From positions 448,001-512,000 of the forward strand of contig CAXXGI010000001.1 of the NCBI GenBank assembly GCA_963674695.2: a stretch of 64,000 nt of DNA, written 5' to 3'. This document shows positions 33,537 to 44,069 of this stretch, in pieces (position 1 is the first letter of the stretch; every line of letters starts with the position of its first letter). The notes beneath the pieces are model-generated. The model had not been told where the DNA came from. It searched no databases and was given only the letters and a program-made list of their open reading frames with translations. This stretch comes from a bacterium (GTDB lineage Bacteria; UBA10199; 2-02-FULL-44-16; JAAZCA01). Both the position numbers and the translations under genes were made by a program.

Positions 33537-34274
33537 CTATTTCTTCTTGAGCTCTTCAATTTCAAAATGCTCGATTGGAAGTCCAGCGCGCTCGGCCACG
33601 AACTCGATCTGCTTGCGCGGGATCTTCTGCCCGAGTTTCTTGGAGTAGACCATCTCGAACTCGGCGTTCCACAGCGGGAACTTCCGTGTCGTCGGCGTCT
33701 CTTCGACCTTGATGAAGTTCGTCGGACAGACATACGCACAGGAACCGCATCCGATGCAGTCGATCGCCTCGGCATTGAGCGGCGGTGAAACCTTCCGATC
33801 CTTGCCGCGCTCGGAGAATCCGATGGCGTTGGCACCGACCACCTCGCTGCACGCGCGCACACAGTTCCCGCAGAGGATACAGCCCTCTTCCTGTTTGGAG
33901 AACTTTGTCTCCGTCACGCCCCATTTTTTCGCCAACTCGACAACCTCAGGAACGTTCGACGAACGCGCCAGCGTGAACTGCATGATCATATTGCGAATAC
34001 GCACCACCTTGTCGGAATTCGTCCGAAAGGTCTGCCCATCCTTGACCGGGAAATTGCACGAGGTGACCATCTTCGACCAGTCGCCGCGATCCCACTCCAC
34101 GAGGCAGAGCCGGCACGCACCGTAGGAGCTGACATCGACGTGATCGCAGAGTGTCGGAATTTCGATGCCCTCGCGACGGCAGACGTCGAGCAGCCGCTCG
34201 CCCGCGGTGGCCTTCACCTGCTTGTCGTCGAGAGTGATGGTAATCTGATCTGACATAGTCGATTGCCTTTCCAT
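33537..34274 (-). CDS. Fe-S protein homologous to the HydA/NuoG N-terminal part (BfuA-like), with no catalytic domain
   Basis: IPTLC..GACRLCLVE..TSC [2Fe-2S]; CILCGNCVRAC and CIGCGSCAYVCP 2x[4Fe-4S]. Ends after ~245 aa. Start 34274 or 34256. Confidence 0.85.
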   Translation of the reverse strand: MERQSTMSDQITITLDDKQVKATAGERLLDVCRREGIEIPTLCDHVDVSSYGACRLCLVEWDRGDWSKMVTSCNFPVKDGQTFRTNSDKVVRIRNMIMQFTLARSSNVPEVVELAKKWGVTETKFSKQEEGCILCGNCVRACSEVVGANAIGFSERGKDRKVSPPLNAEAIDCIGCGSCAYVCPTNFIKVEETPTTRKFPLWNAEFEMVYSKKLGQKIPRKQIEFVAERAGLPIEHFEIEELKKK

Positions 34275-34304
34275 TCGCCCCTCCATCACATCGGGAGGGA
34301 TCTC

Positions 34305-36194
34305 TTATTCCACATGAATCGCATCGAACTTGCACGCCTCGGCACACATACCGCATTTGATGCATTTATCTGTATCGATCGTGTGCAGCTTGAGTTTCGC
34401 GTGCGGCTTACCCTTAACCGTCGCGGGTTTGTCCGTCACGGAGATCGCATCGACGGGGCAAACTTTCACGCACGCGCCGCAACCGGTGCAACTGCCATCC
34501 ACCACCGAGAAGGTGATGAGGTTCTTACAGACCTTGCCCGGGCACCGTTTGTCCTTGATGTGCGCGTCGTATTCGTCGCGAAAATACTTGATGGTGGAGA
34601 GCACCGGATTCGGCGCCGTACCGCCGAGCGCACAGAGCGAACCTTCGAGGATCGACTCGCTCATCTCTTCGAGCAGCTCCACATCCCCTTCTTTGCCGTC
34701 GCCCGCACAGATGCGATCGAGGATCTCGAGCATGTGGCGAACGCCCTCGCGGCAGGGCGTGCACTTGCCGCAGGACTCTTCGGTAAGAAACTTCGTAAAG
34801 TAGCGCGCCACATCCACCATGCAGGTATCTTCGTCCATGACGATGAGGCCACCGGAACCCATCATCGACCCAACTTTCGTCAGCTCGTCGAAGTCAACGT
34901 GAAGATCGAGCATCTTCTCGGGCAAGCAGCCACCCGACGGACCGCCGGTCTGCACCGCTTTAAACTTCTTCCCATTCGGAATCCCGCCACCGATGTCGAA
35001 GATGATCTCGCGCAACGTAAGCCCCATAGGCACTTCCACGAGCCCCGTGTTGTTGATCTTGCCGACGACCGAGAAGATCTTGGTCCCCTTGCTCCCCTTC
35101 GTACCGATTTTGGCGAAACTCGCCGCGCCTTCGCGCAGGATGAGCGGCACGTTGGCCCAGGTCTCGACGTTGTTGAGACAGCTGGGTTTATCCCACAGAC
35201 CATACTCGGCTGTATGAATGTATTTCGCGCGCGGCTCGCCGATCTTTCCTTCGAGCGATGCCATAAGCGCGGTCGATTCGCCGCAGACGAACGCGCCACC
35301 GCCGCGACTGATGATGATGTCGAAATCGAATCCGGAACCCAGGATGTTCTTTCCCAGAAGCCCCATCTCCTGCGCTTGCTTGATGGCGATGCGCGCATTT
35401 TTTACCGCCAGCGGATACTCGTTACGCACATAGATGTAGCCCTCTTTCGCGCCGATGGCATACGCACCGATGATCATGCCCTCGATCACGCTGTGCGGAT
35501 TCCCTTCGAGCAACGAGCGATCCATGTAGGCACCCGGATCGCCTTCATCCGCGTTGCAGATCACATAGCGACGTTTGCCCGGCTGCGCCTTGCGCACCGT
35601 CTCCCACTTGCGCGCGGTGAGAAAGCCACCGCCGCCGCGCCCACGAAGCCCCGCCTCTTTGACTTCCGTGATGATCGCCTCGGGATCCATCGCGAATGAT
35701 TTTTCCAACCCCGCGTATCCACCCTCGGCGATGTAGTCGTCGATCGAATCGGCGTTGATGCGCTGGTTCGCGCCGAAAATCAGGCGGTTCTGCTTGGCGT
35801 AGAAGGGAACGTCCTTCTCATAGACGGCCTTGTCCCCCTCGGGACCGGTGTAGACGAGTTTGTCGATCACCTCGTCGCCGAACACCGATTTGGCCAGGAT
35901 GTCGGGAACATCGGCGGGATCGATGCGCTGATAGAAGATACCCTTCGGGCTGATCAGCGCCAGCGGGCCGCGCTCGCAGAAGCCGTGACAACCCGAGACA
36001 CGCAGGGTGACCTTGTCTTCGAGTTTCTTGGCGGCAATCTCCTGTCGGAAGGCATCGATCACCTTCTGGCAGCCATAGCCGTGGCAGCCTGTGCCACCGC
36101 AGACGGTGACGATGGGCGTTATCGGATTGCGCTCCTGCTGCAACTTCGTGCGCAGCGCTTGAAGCGCCTTCATGTCGGTTAGATTCTGTGTCAC
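34305..36194 (-). CDS. HydB/NuoF-like NAD(H)/FMN subunit with extra Fe-S domains (BfuB-like)
   Basis: N-terminal CGGTGC..GCHGFC; GLRGRGGGGF, NADEGDPGAYMDR, FVCGESTAL, ESCGKCTPCREG; HIKDKRCPGKVC; C-terminal 2x[4Fe-4S]. Confidence 0.92.
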   Translation of the reverse strand: MTQNLTDMKALQALRTKLQQERNPITPIVTVCGGTGCHGYGCQKVIDAFRQEIAAKKLEDKVTLRVSGCHGFCERGPLALISPKGIFYQRIDPADVPDILAKSVFGDEVIDKLVYTGPEGDKAVYEKDVPFYAKQNRLIFGANQRINADSIDDYIAEGGYAGLEKSFAMDPEAIITEVKEAGLRGRGGGGFLTARKWETVRKAQPGKRRYVICNADEGDPGAYMDRSLLEGNPHSVIEGMIIGAYAIGAKEGYIYVRNEYPLAVKNARIAIKQAQEMGLLGKNILGSGFDFDIIISRGGGAFVCGESTALMASLEGKIGEPRAKYIHTAEYGLWDKPSCLNNVETWANVPLILREGAASFAKIGTKGSKGTKIFSVVGKINNTGLVEVPMGLTLREIIFDIGGGIPNGKKFKAVQTGGPSGGCLPEKMLDLHVDFDELTKVGSMMGSGGLIVMDEDTCMVDVARYFTKFLTEESCGKCTPCREGVRHMLEILDRICAGDGKEGDVELLEEMSESILEGSLCALGGTAPNPVLSTIKYFRDEYDAHIKDKRCPGKVCKNLITFSVVDGSCTGCGACVKVCPVDAISVTDKPATVKGKPHAKLKLHTIDTDKCIKCGMCAEACKFDAIHVE

Positions 36195-36655
36195 GATTTC
36201 GACCCCTTCAGTTCATCGATGAGGGCGGCGGTCTTGGTGCCGTCCATCTTGCCATGATAGTCTTCGTTCACCACGATCACCGGTCCCAACGCGCAGCACC
36301 CAACGCAGTTGACCGTCTCGAGCGTCACTTTTTTGTCTGTGGTCGTCTCGCCGGCACCAACGCCGAAGCCGCGCTCAAGTTCTTCGAGCAGACGCTGTGC
36401 GCCGCGCACGTGGCACGCGGTTCCCATGCAGACGTTCACCACCTTCTCGCCACGCGGGGTCAGCGAAAATGCCGAAAAGAACGTCGCCACGGAAAAGATC
36501 TGGGCGAGCGGAATGTTGAGGAGTGTGGACACCTGCTTGAGCGGCGCCTCGGGCAGATAGCGATAGTGCGTCTGCACATCCTGCAGGATACCGATGAGCT
36601 GGTCCGGCCGGTTCTGATGATCGGCGCAAATCTTGTCGACGGTCTTTAAATCCAT
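36191..36655 (-). CDS. HydC/NuoE-like [2Fe-2S] subunit (BfuC-like)
   Basis: VATFFSAF, VCMGTACHVRGA, VNCVGCCALGP. Confidence 0.92.
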   Translation of the reverse strand: MDLKTVDKICADHQNRPDQLIGILQDVQTHYRYLPEAPLKQVSTLLNIPLAQIFSVATFFSAFSLTPRGEKVVNVCMGTACHVRGAQRLLEELERGFGVGAGETTTDKKVTLETVNCVGCCALGPVIVVNEDYHGKMDGTKTAALIDELKGSKS

Positions 36656-36685
36656 GGTGGCGTCCTCATTCGAATCGTTTCGGCT

Positions 36686-37618
<933 letters not shown>

Positions 37619-37646
37619 AGTCGATTCCCTGTCGTGGTGAATGGTG

Positions 37647-38822
37647 CTATTCCCGAACGAAGAGCAACTCGGTACGACTGTCCTGCCCCTTCTCCGCTAG
37701 CCCTTCGCCGCGCTCGATCATGCTGACGAACTGCTCGGGAAGGATGTCGCGCCCGCCAAGGCCCGCGATAAATCCGATCACCTTCGGGCGAATCGGCTTG
37801 TCATAGAGCGCGCTGCGAATCTCGCTGGCCACCGGGCCGCCAGGGCCGCCCGAGGAGATGGCGCGATCGAGGACGATCAGGTTCTTCGCCCCCTTGACCG
37901 CCTCATAGAAATCTTCGAAGGGGAACGGCCGCCACAGGCGCAACTTCACCTGGCCGACCTTCTTGCCCTTCGCGCGCAGCTCATCGACCGCCACCGAAGC
38001 CGTCTCGCCGTAGCTGCCCATGGTGAAGATCAGCGTCTCGGCATCGTCAGCCTTGTAGGTCTCCACGGCCTTGTACTCGCGGCCGAAGTGTTTGCCGAAT
38101 GCTTCCCACATCTCGTCGAGCACCGGACGGATGGCGAGGAAGTCGTTTTCCTGAGCGGCCTTGATCTCGGTATAGATGTTGGGGGGAGCGAACGTTCCCA
38201 TGCTGACCGGCTCGCGCGGGTCGAGCGGCTTGGGAAACTGATTGTCGGGCAGGAAGGCTTTCACCTTCTCTTCATCTTCCATGAAGATCGGCTCGACCAC
38301 GTGCGTCAGGTGGAAACCGTCCATGTTGATCATCACGGGGAAGAGCACGCGTTTGTCCTCGGCGGTGCGGAACGCCCAGATGATATGGTCGAAGGATTCC
38401 TGGCCGTTCTCGACGAAGATCTGGATCCAACCGGTGTCGCGCACGGCCATTACGTCGGAGTGATCGCCCCAAACTGAGAGCGGTGCGGAGAGCGCACGGT
38501 TGGCGACCGTCATGACGATGGGCAGACGCATGGAGCTGGCGAGATAAACCGCCTCGTGCATCAGCTCCAAACCCTGACCGGCCGTGGCCGTAAAGGTGCG
38601 TGCACCCGCGGCGGATGAACCCAAACAGGCGCTCATGGCGGAGTGTTCGCTCTCGACACAGACGAACTCGGCGTCGAGTTCGCCATTGGCGACCAGCTCC
38701 GAGAGATGCTCGACGATGTGCGTCTGCGGCGTGATGGGATATGCGGCCACCACGTCGGCGTTGCAGAGCATAACCGCCTCGGAGACCGCCAGTGAAACCT
38801 CAATGCCTTCGCGCTTTCCCAT
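37647..38822 (-). CDS. porA: Pyruvate/2-oxoacid:ferredoxin oxidoreductase alpha subunit
   Basis: AAYPITPQT, ESEHSAMS, NRALSAP, DHSD, DGFHLTH, WRPFP, GLGGRD. The ORF extension to 39083 runs through a repeat and was rejected. Confidence 0.93.
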   Translation of the reverse strand: MGKREGIEVSLAVSEAVMLCNADVVAAYPITPQTHIVEHLSELVANGELDAEFVCVESEHSAMSACLGSSAAGARTFTATAGQGLELMHEAVYLASSMRLPIVMTVANRALSAPLSVWGDHSDVMAVRDTGWIQIFVENGQESFDHIIWAFRTAEDKRVLFPVMINMDGFHLTHVVEPIFMEDEEKVKAFLPDNQFPKPLDPREPVSMGTFAPPNIYTEIKAAQENDFLAIRPVLDEMWEAFGKHFGREYKAVETYKADDAETLIFTMGSYGETASVAVDELRAKGKKVGQVKLRLWRPFPFEDFYEAVKGAKNLIVLDRAISSGGPGGPVASEIRSALYDKPIRPKVIGFIAGLGGRDILPEQFVSMIERGEGLAEKGQDSRTELLFVRE

Positions 38823-38846
38823 GGTAACTCCGTAATTCGTACTTGC

Positions 38847-38917
38847 TGTCATTCCCGCGCAGGCGGGAATCTCGCTTACGACGGCACATCGAGATCCCCG
38901 CGTTCGCGGGGATGACA
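38847..38917. repeat. Palindromic element 7 (empty counterpart of elements 3 and 4)
   Basis: TGTCATTCCCGCGCAGGCGGGAATCTCGCTTACGACGGCACATCGAGATCCCCGCGTTCGCGGGGATGACA (71 bp). Confidence 0.9.
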
Positions 38918-38943
38918 AAAACACGATTGTGCCATCAACTCTT

Positions 38944-39240
38944 TTACTTTTCCTTCTTCTCTTCACCCATGGCCACCATCTCGAACGAGCCGGTCCAGCA
39001 CTCGCGCGCGCAGATGCCACAGCCCTTGCAGTAGTATTCATCCACCTCGATATAGCCGTCATCCTTGATCTTGATGGCCGCATCCGGGCAGAACATATAA
39101 CAGACGCCGCACTTCACGCAGCGATCCTTGTCGTAGACGGGCCGCTGACTGCGCCAATCGCCGGTGCGATAGGCCTTCGCGCCGCCAGGCGTGTCGACGA
39201 TGAAGCCGGTCTCGATCTCTTTCCAGGTTCTGTCTGCCAT
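38944..39240 (-). CDS. porD: Pyruvate/2-oxoacid:ferredoxin oxidoreductase delta subunit
   Basis: TGDWRSQRP, CVKCGVCYMFCP, YCKGCGICAREC. Confidence 0.93.
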   Translation of the reverse strand: MADRTWKEIETGFIVDTPGGAKAYRTGDWRSQRPVYDKDRCVKCGVCYMFCPDAAIKIKDDGYIEVDEYYCKGCGICARECWTGSFEMVAMGEEKKEK

Positions 39241-39275
39241 CGTTCACTCCGTGATTCATTCTGCGTTATTCATCG

Positions 39276-39830
39276 TCACCCGGTGATCGTCGTCTCGCCG
39301 TAGGCGCGTTCCAGCGCCTTCACGTTCCGCTCGGCGAGCTTCGGATTGAAGCGCGCCTCGATCTGCGGAATGAGTGTCTTCAGCGGAACCACCTCGCTGG
39401 CCTTGATGAGCGAACCGATCATGGTCGTATTCGTGATGGGAACCTTGAGCGTCTCGAGCGCAACGGTGAGCGCATCGATCGTGGCAAGCTTGCCCTTATA
39501 GGCCTTCATCTTCTGGCGAAGCTCGGCCTCGGGCATCTTGGTATTGACCACGACGAGCCCGCCCTCTTTGAGGCCGGAGGTTACGTCGACGATATCGATG
39601 AGGCCGTCGTCGAGCACCACGACGATGTCGGGGCGGGTCACCTCGGCACGCACGCGGATCTTTTCGTCGGAGACGCGCAAGAACGCCTGCACCGGCGCGC
39701 CGCGGCGCTCCGGCCCGAAGGAGGGCATCGACTGCGCGAACTTGCCCTGTGCGATGGCCGCCAGCGCCACCAATTCAGCGGAGGTCACGGCCCCCTGGCC
39801 GCCTCGTCCATGAAAACGAATTTCGAGCAT
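39276..39830 (-). CDS. porC: Pyruvate/2-oxoacid:ferredoxin oxidoreductase gamma subunit
   Basis: EIRFHGRGGQGAVT, FGPERRGAPV, NTTMIG. Confidence 0.93.
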   Translation of the reverse strand: MLEIRFHGRGGQGAVTSAELVALAAIAQGKFAQSMPSFGPERRGAPVQAFLRVSDEKIRVRAEVTRPDIVVVLDDGLIDIVDVTSGLKEGGLVVVNTKMPEAELRQKMKAYKGKLATIDALTVALETLKVPITNTTMIGSLIKASEVVPLKTLIPQIEARFNPKLAERNVKALERAYGETTITG

Positions 39831-39952
39831 GGCTACCTTCCAAAGTGTTGATATTTATAGATTAATAACCAGGTTTTCTGCGAAAGCGGGCGCACGTTCG
39901 CTCTTTTAGGGGGCGATGTCAAGGAAAGATCGGGAGAAAAGACGCGTCGGAC

Positions 39953-42931
39953 CTAGAACGCCGGCCGGTACATATCGACCGGAATCTCCGGAGGGTCGCC
40001 GGGGCGCAGCTCGCGCGCGAAGGCAATGAGTTCCTGCACATAGCCGAAGGAGACCCCGCCGGAATAGCTGCGACCGGGCAGGACGAAGCGATCGACATCG
40101 GAGGTGAGCGGAATGCGCCGAAATCCTTCGGCCTCCATGAGCTCGGCATAGCGATCGCTCGAATACGCCATTCGCCATTCATCCGGGCACATCACGGCAC
40201 GGTCATCCTTTCCATCGCCATCATAATCACCCACCACAGGATGGCACTCTCCCCCTCCATAAACGTTATCTGGAGGGAGCGACGTAAATGAAGCAAAATA
40301 ATCACTTCCAAATGCTACATTCCATTCCTCGGAGCTATTATCCTTGATCGCTGGGGCACTCCATGAACTGGCGGGATCAAAGCGCCCGGGAATAGGAATC
40401 GCTTCATTTCCTCCATAGATCGGACCCGCATATCTCATGATATCAAACGCACCAGTAGGATTCGTCAACACAACCATACGTCCCTCATCAGCGATACCAT
40501 CTGGATATTTATAACTGAAATACGGAGAGTGTTCTGACAAATTTGAAAAATCGTGACCGAAGGCGAGATACGCCCAGCCAGGCGCCTGCGCCAACTCTTC
40601 ATCGGACAGATATTCGAATTCAAATTCATATCCCGAAAAATCGCCTTCGTCCGTACCACCATAATCGACACGCCAGATGCCATCGGAGCAGGCAATGGCG
40701 ATGTCCATAAAACCATCTTCATCGTAATCACCCAATACCGGGCGGCTGTAGTTGGAGCAGTTCGGGCCTGTGCGTGTGGCGCAGGAGAGCGGGTCGAGTT
40801 TGAGGTCGTCGACCCATTGATCGCTGTAATCGAGCACCCAGTCCCAGCCGTGCCAGGAGCTGCGGCGAAGGATATCGACGTCGGTGAAGGCGATGTAAAA
40901 GGTGCCGTGTTCCTTGTCGTAGACCACGAAGTCGCTGCGACCGTCGGCGTTCACATCTTCCACATAGGGCCAGACCCAGCGTCCGTCGATGGGATCGTGT
41001 GTGATCTCGACATCCCAACTTCCAAAACCGTCGGCGGCTTCACCCATGGACGAGAGGTCGAGCTTCCAGGTGCCGTTGGTCCACTGCACGAGGTCAGCAC
41101 GCCCATCGCCGTCGAAGTCGTAGTGATCGGCAAAACCGGTCTGCGGCGTGAAGAGCTCTTCGTCCGGACAGATCGGATCGGAGTTCACAAGATCACCCTC
41201 TTTGCAGATGATGCCGATGCCAGCCGCGCGCAGGGCAATCATGCGCTCTTCGGTGAGGATCTCGCCGGAATCGAGCTCCGGATACTGGGCCCGCATCTGG
41301 GCGAGAAACGTATCGACTGTATTCATGGCGACATCGATGCGCGGCTGGGTGCCGATGTTGCAGCCCGCATCGCTCTGATTGACCCCCGAACCGACGATGA
41401 TCTCGCGCATCTTGGGCGGCATGAGGTAGCGCTTGTAGCCGAGCTCCCCTCTCGCATAGCTCTGCACGAGCACCGCCGCGCCGCCGACGATGGCCGCCGC
41501 CGACGAGGTGCCGCCGAAATTGTCGATGAAATAGCTGTTGGTCTCGTCATTCGGCGGAATCGGTCCCTGCGTGCCGTTCCACCCATAGAGGCCGTAGGGA
41601 TAGCCCGTAGTCACGACCCCTTGGCCCCAGGAAAAACTGTTTACGCGTGAGCCGCAGTTGGAAAACGAGATCTTTTCTTCGTTCGCGCCCTGGCTTGCCC
41701 CCACCATGATGGAGCCGGCATCCTCGACCGAGAGGTCGTGGGCAAACGCCCACTCGCCCGTGTAGAGTTCGGGGTTGTCCAGATCCATCTGGCCGTTTCC
41801 GGAACCGGAGATGACGGTCACGCCATAGGCCGTGGCCTGCTCGATGGCCGCAAAGTCTTCGGGCCACAGCTCGGTGGGAACGCAGCCGTATTGATCACTG
41901 GCATACTGCCCCGAGCAACTCCCATCGCTGAGTTTTCCGGGAAGCTGCACTTCGATCACCCAGATGGTGCCGGGCTCAATATCCGTGAGAAGCGGATTGT
42001 TCCCCGGATCCACTCCGTCGGTCGCATTCCTCAGCGCACCGTATGTTCCATTCCCCAACGACACTTCGAGCAAGAACGCATCCGGGGCAAATCCTGTGAC
42101 GCCATGACCATTATCGAGCGCCGAAAGAACACCCGCCACGGCCGTTCCGTGCGCTATGTAGGACTCACAGTTTGGAAAATCGTTTGTATAGCCAGGCGCA
42201 CAATCGGGGTAGTACAGAAAATTACCACCATCCTTGAAATGCTCATCAATGAGCCCGAGGTCCTCGTGAAAAAAGTTCATGCCGTGTTCGTTATCGACCA
42301 CAATGACATCTTCGCCCGTAACCCCCGCATTCCAGGCGGCGTGGGCGTTCAACCCCCCGTGCGTCGATTCGGGAAAGAGATAGCCCTGCAAGCCGTCGAG
42401 CGCAGGGGTTGCGGCCAGGCCCGCGGGGCTACCCCGAAGCGCCGGATAGATCCTGGCCACGCCCGCCATGCCGCGCAGCTCGTTCAAGAGCGCAATGGCG
42501 TCTTCGGCGTTATTCGTTTCGATGTGATAGATGGAGTTCCAATCGGTGAGCGCCTTGCCCGAGAGCCGCTCGAGCTTGGCGCGACGCAGATCGACGACAT
42601 CGGCGTCGGCTTCAATCGCACGCACGATGCGCGATGCCGGAAAACGCTTGATCGCGTTCTCGACCGACGCGATGAGCGCCGCTTTGTTCGTGGAGGTGGT
42701 GAGGGCTTTGGATTCGTTCATGCGCACCGCGAGCGCGTCGTCGAAGTGGACGACCAGGTGACCCGCGTAGGCATCGGACTGAATGAGCGCTGCCATCGTC
42801 GTGGGCTCGCCTGCACCCACGTCCGGTTCCGGCGCACTTTCTGGTGAAGGATTACTTCCGCCACCGCAGGATGCGGATGCGATCATCATCGCCACAACGA
42901 TACCCACACGCATGGACCACAGCCTGCGCAT
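39953..42931 (-). CDS. S8 (subtilase) lipoprotein with C-terminal FG-GAP/VCBS repeats
   Basis: Lipobox SASC; triad VVDNE / HGTAVAG / GGTSSA; repeats DFDGDGRAD, DVNADGRSD, GDYDEDGFMD, GDYDGDGKDD; GAGGAG RBS. Confidence 0.9.
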   Translation of the reverse strand: MRRLWSMRVGIVVAMMIASASCGGGSNPSPESAPEPDVGAGEPTTMAALIQSDAYAGHLVVHFDDALAVRMNESKALTTSTNKAALIASVENAIKRFPASRIVRAIEADADVVDLRRAKLERLSGKALTDWNSIYHIETNNAEDAIALLNELRGMAGVARIYPALRGSPAGLAATPALDGLQGYLFPESTHGGLNAHAAWNAGVTGEDVIVVDNEHGMNFFHEDLGLIDEHFKDGGNFLYYPDCAPGYTNDFPNCESYIAHGTAVAGVLSALDNGHGVTGFAPDAFLLEVSLGNGTYGALRNATDGVDPGNNPLLTDIEPGTIWVIEVQLPGKLSDGSCSGQYASDQYGCVPTELWPEDFAAIEQATAYGVTVISGSGNGQMDLDNPELYTGEWAFAHDLSVEDAGSIMVGASQGANEEKISFSNCGSRVNSFSWGQGVVTTGYPYGLYGWNGTQGPIPPNDETNSYFIDNFGGTSSAAAIVGGAAVLVQSYARGELGYKRYLMPPKMREIIVGSGVNQSDAGCNIGTQPRIDVAMNTVDTFLAQMRAQYPELDSGEILTEERMIALRAAGIGIICKEGDLVNSDPICPDEELFTPQTGFADHYDFDGDGRADLVQWTNGTWKLDLSSMGEAADGFGSWDVEITHDPIDGRWVWPYVEDVNADGRSDFVVYDKEHGTFYIAFTDVDILRRSSWHGWDWVLDYSDQWVDDLKLDPLSCATRTGPNCSNYSRPVLGDYDEDGFMDIAIACSDGIWRVDYGGTDEGDFSGYEFEFEYLSDEELAQAPGWAYLAFGHDFSNLSEHSPYFSYKYPDGIADEGRMVVLTNPTGAFDIMRYAGPIYGGNEAIPIPGRFDPASSWSAPAIKDNSSEEWNVAFGSDYFASFTSLPPDNVYGGGECHPVVGDYDGDGKDDRAVMCPDEWRMAYSSDRYAELMEAEGFRRIPLTSDVDRFVLPGRSYSGGVSFGYVQELIAFARELRPGDPPEIPVDMYRPAF

Positions 42932-43078
42932 ACTCACTCCTCGTGCAACCCGGCCTCCCCCCAATGGGCGCTTCACAACGATCCCTTTTCGGCGATCGCG
43001 CACAAATGTTTCGTGGTTTCTCATCGACATCGGCCAGAAAGACCCCTGGGCACCCGAAAAAACTCGTCTTTTGAACGG

Positions 43079-43175
43079 TGTCATTCCCGCGTGAAGTAAG
43101 CGGGAATCCAGCCAAAGCCTTTCCACGTATGGATTTCTTGGGCTGGACCCCCGATTCAAGCACTCGGGGGTGACA
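43079..43175. repeat. Palindromic element 8 (arms are empty counterparts of elements 5 and 1)
   Basis: TGTCATTCCCGCGTGAAGTAAGCGGGAATCCAGCCAAAGCCTTTC...CTGGACCCCCGATTCAAGCACTCGGGGGTGACA. Confidence 0.88.
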
Positions 43176-43221
43176 ACCAAACAACAGGTCGCCAGAGAGA
43201 ACCTACTTTAATAACAGACAC

Positions 43222-44046
43222 TTACCCGGCAATGCCCAGCATCTTGCGCGCCTCGGTGGGGCTGGCCACGGGGCGACCGACCTCTTCGGCCACGCGGGCG
43301 ATGCGGGCGACGAGCTGCGCGTTGGATGTGGCCAGTTCACCCTTCCGATAATAGATGTTGTCCTCGAAGCCGACGCGCACGAACCCGCCCATGGCGACGG
43401 CGATCACCGAGCACGGCAATTCATAGCGACCGATGCCGGCCACGCCCCAGGTGTCTTCGCGGTCGATCGAGTCGACCATGAACTGCAGATTGCGCGGCTC
43501 GCCGGAGAGCCCGCCGGGCACGCCGAGGACGAACTGATAGTGGATCGGATGTGCAATGATCCCCTGCCGGAGAAGGCTCTTCGCAATCTCGATGTGCCCC
43601 ACGTCGTAGACCTCGATTTCGGGCATCACGCCCAACGCGCGCATGCGCTCGGCCAGCGCGCGCACCTCCTGCGGCGCGTTCAGGAAGATATCGTCGCCGA
43701 AGTTCATCGACGCGATGTTGAGCGAGGCCATCTCGGGCTCGAGTTCGACAATCGGCGCCACGCGTTTTTCCATCGCCTCGCCGACCGCACCCCCCGTGGA
43801 GATCTGCACGATGGGCATGGGGCTGCACGCTGCGCGCACCGCGGTGATCGCCTGACGAAAATCGGCGAGCGCCTGCGAGGGCTTGCCCGCATCGTCGCGC
43901 ACATGCAGGTGAATGATGCTCGCGCCGGCGGCCACGCACGCAGCCGCATCCGCCGCCTGCTCCTCCGGCGTGACCGGCAGGTTGGGGTTCATTTCCTTGG
44001 TGGTCTCCGCACCCGTGATGGCGGCGGTAATGATGAGCGGCTGCAT
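43222..44046 (-). CDS. kce: 3-keto-5-aminohexanoate cleavage enzyme (BKACE family)
   Basis: LIITAAITGAE..NPNLPVTPEE, IIHLHVR, QISTGG, QFVLGV, RVGFEDN, SNAQLV; AGGAGG RBS. Confidence 0.88.
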   Translation of the reverse strand: MQPLIITAAITGAETTKEMNPNLPVTPEEQAADAAACVAAGASIIHLHVRDDAGKPSQALADFRQAITAVRAACSPMPIVQISTGGAVGEAMEKRVAPIVELEPEMASLNIASMNFGDDIFLNAPQEVRALAERMRALGVMPEIEVYDVGHIEIAKSLLRQGIIAHPIHYQFVLGVPGGLSGEPRNLQFMVDSIDREDTWGVAGIGRYELPCSVIAVAMGGFVRVGFEDNIYYRKGELATSNAQLVARIARVAEEVGRPVASPTEARKMLGIAG

Positions 44047-44069
44047 GATTCCTCCTGTATTCATCGTCA

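Noticed and set aside
33537-36655. Respiratory complex I nuoEFG or an [FeFe]-hydrogenase
   Set aside because: No other nuo genes; the B subunit has extra Fe-S domains; the A subunit lacks both the NuoG C-terminal and H-cluster domains.
38823-39083. N-terminal ORF extensions through repeats or neighbours (porA to 39083; also folK from 31291, S8 from 43180, PHP gene from 11522, dapA from 29426)
   Set aside because: They translate palindromic repeats or adjacent genes; downstream starts fit RBS, signal peptides or family N-termini better.
39840-39862. FNR/IHF-like site upstream of porC (TTGATATTTATAGA; TATCAACACTTTG on the minus strand)
   Set aside because: Only a half match to FNR, and a single short IHF match in AT-rich DNA is not sufficient evidence.
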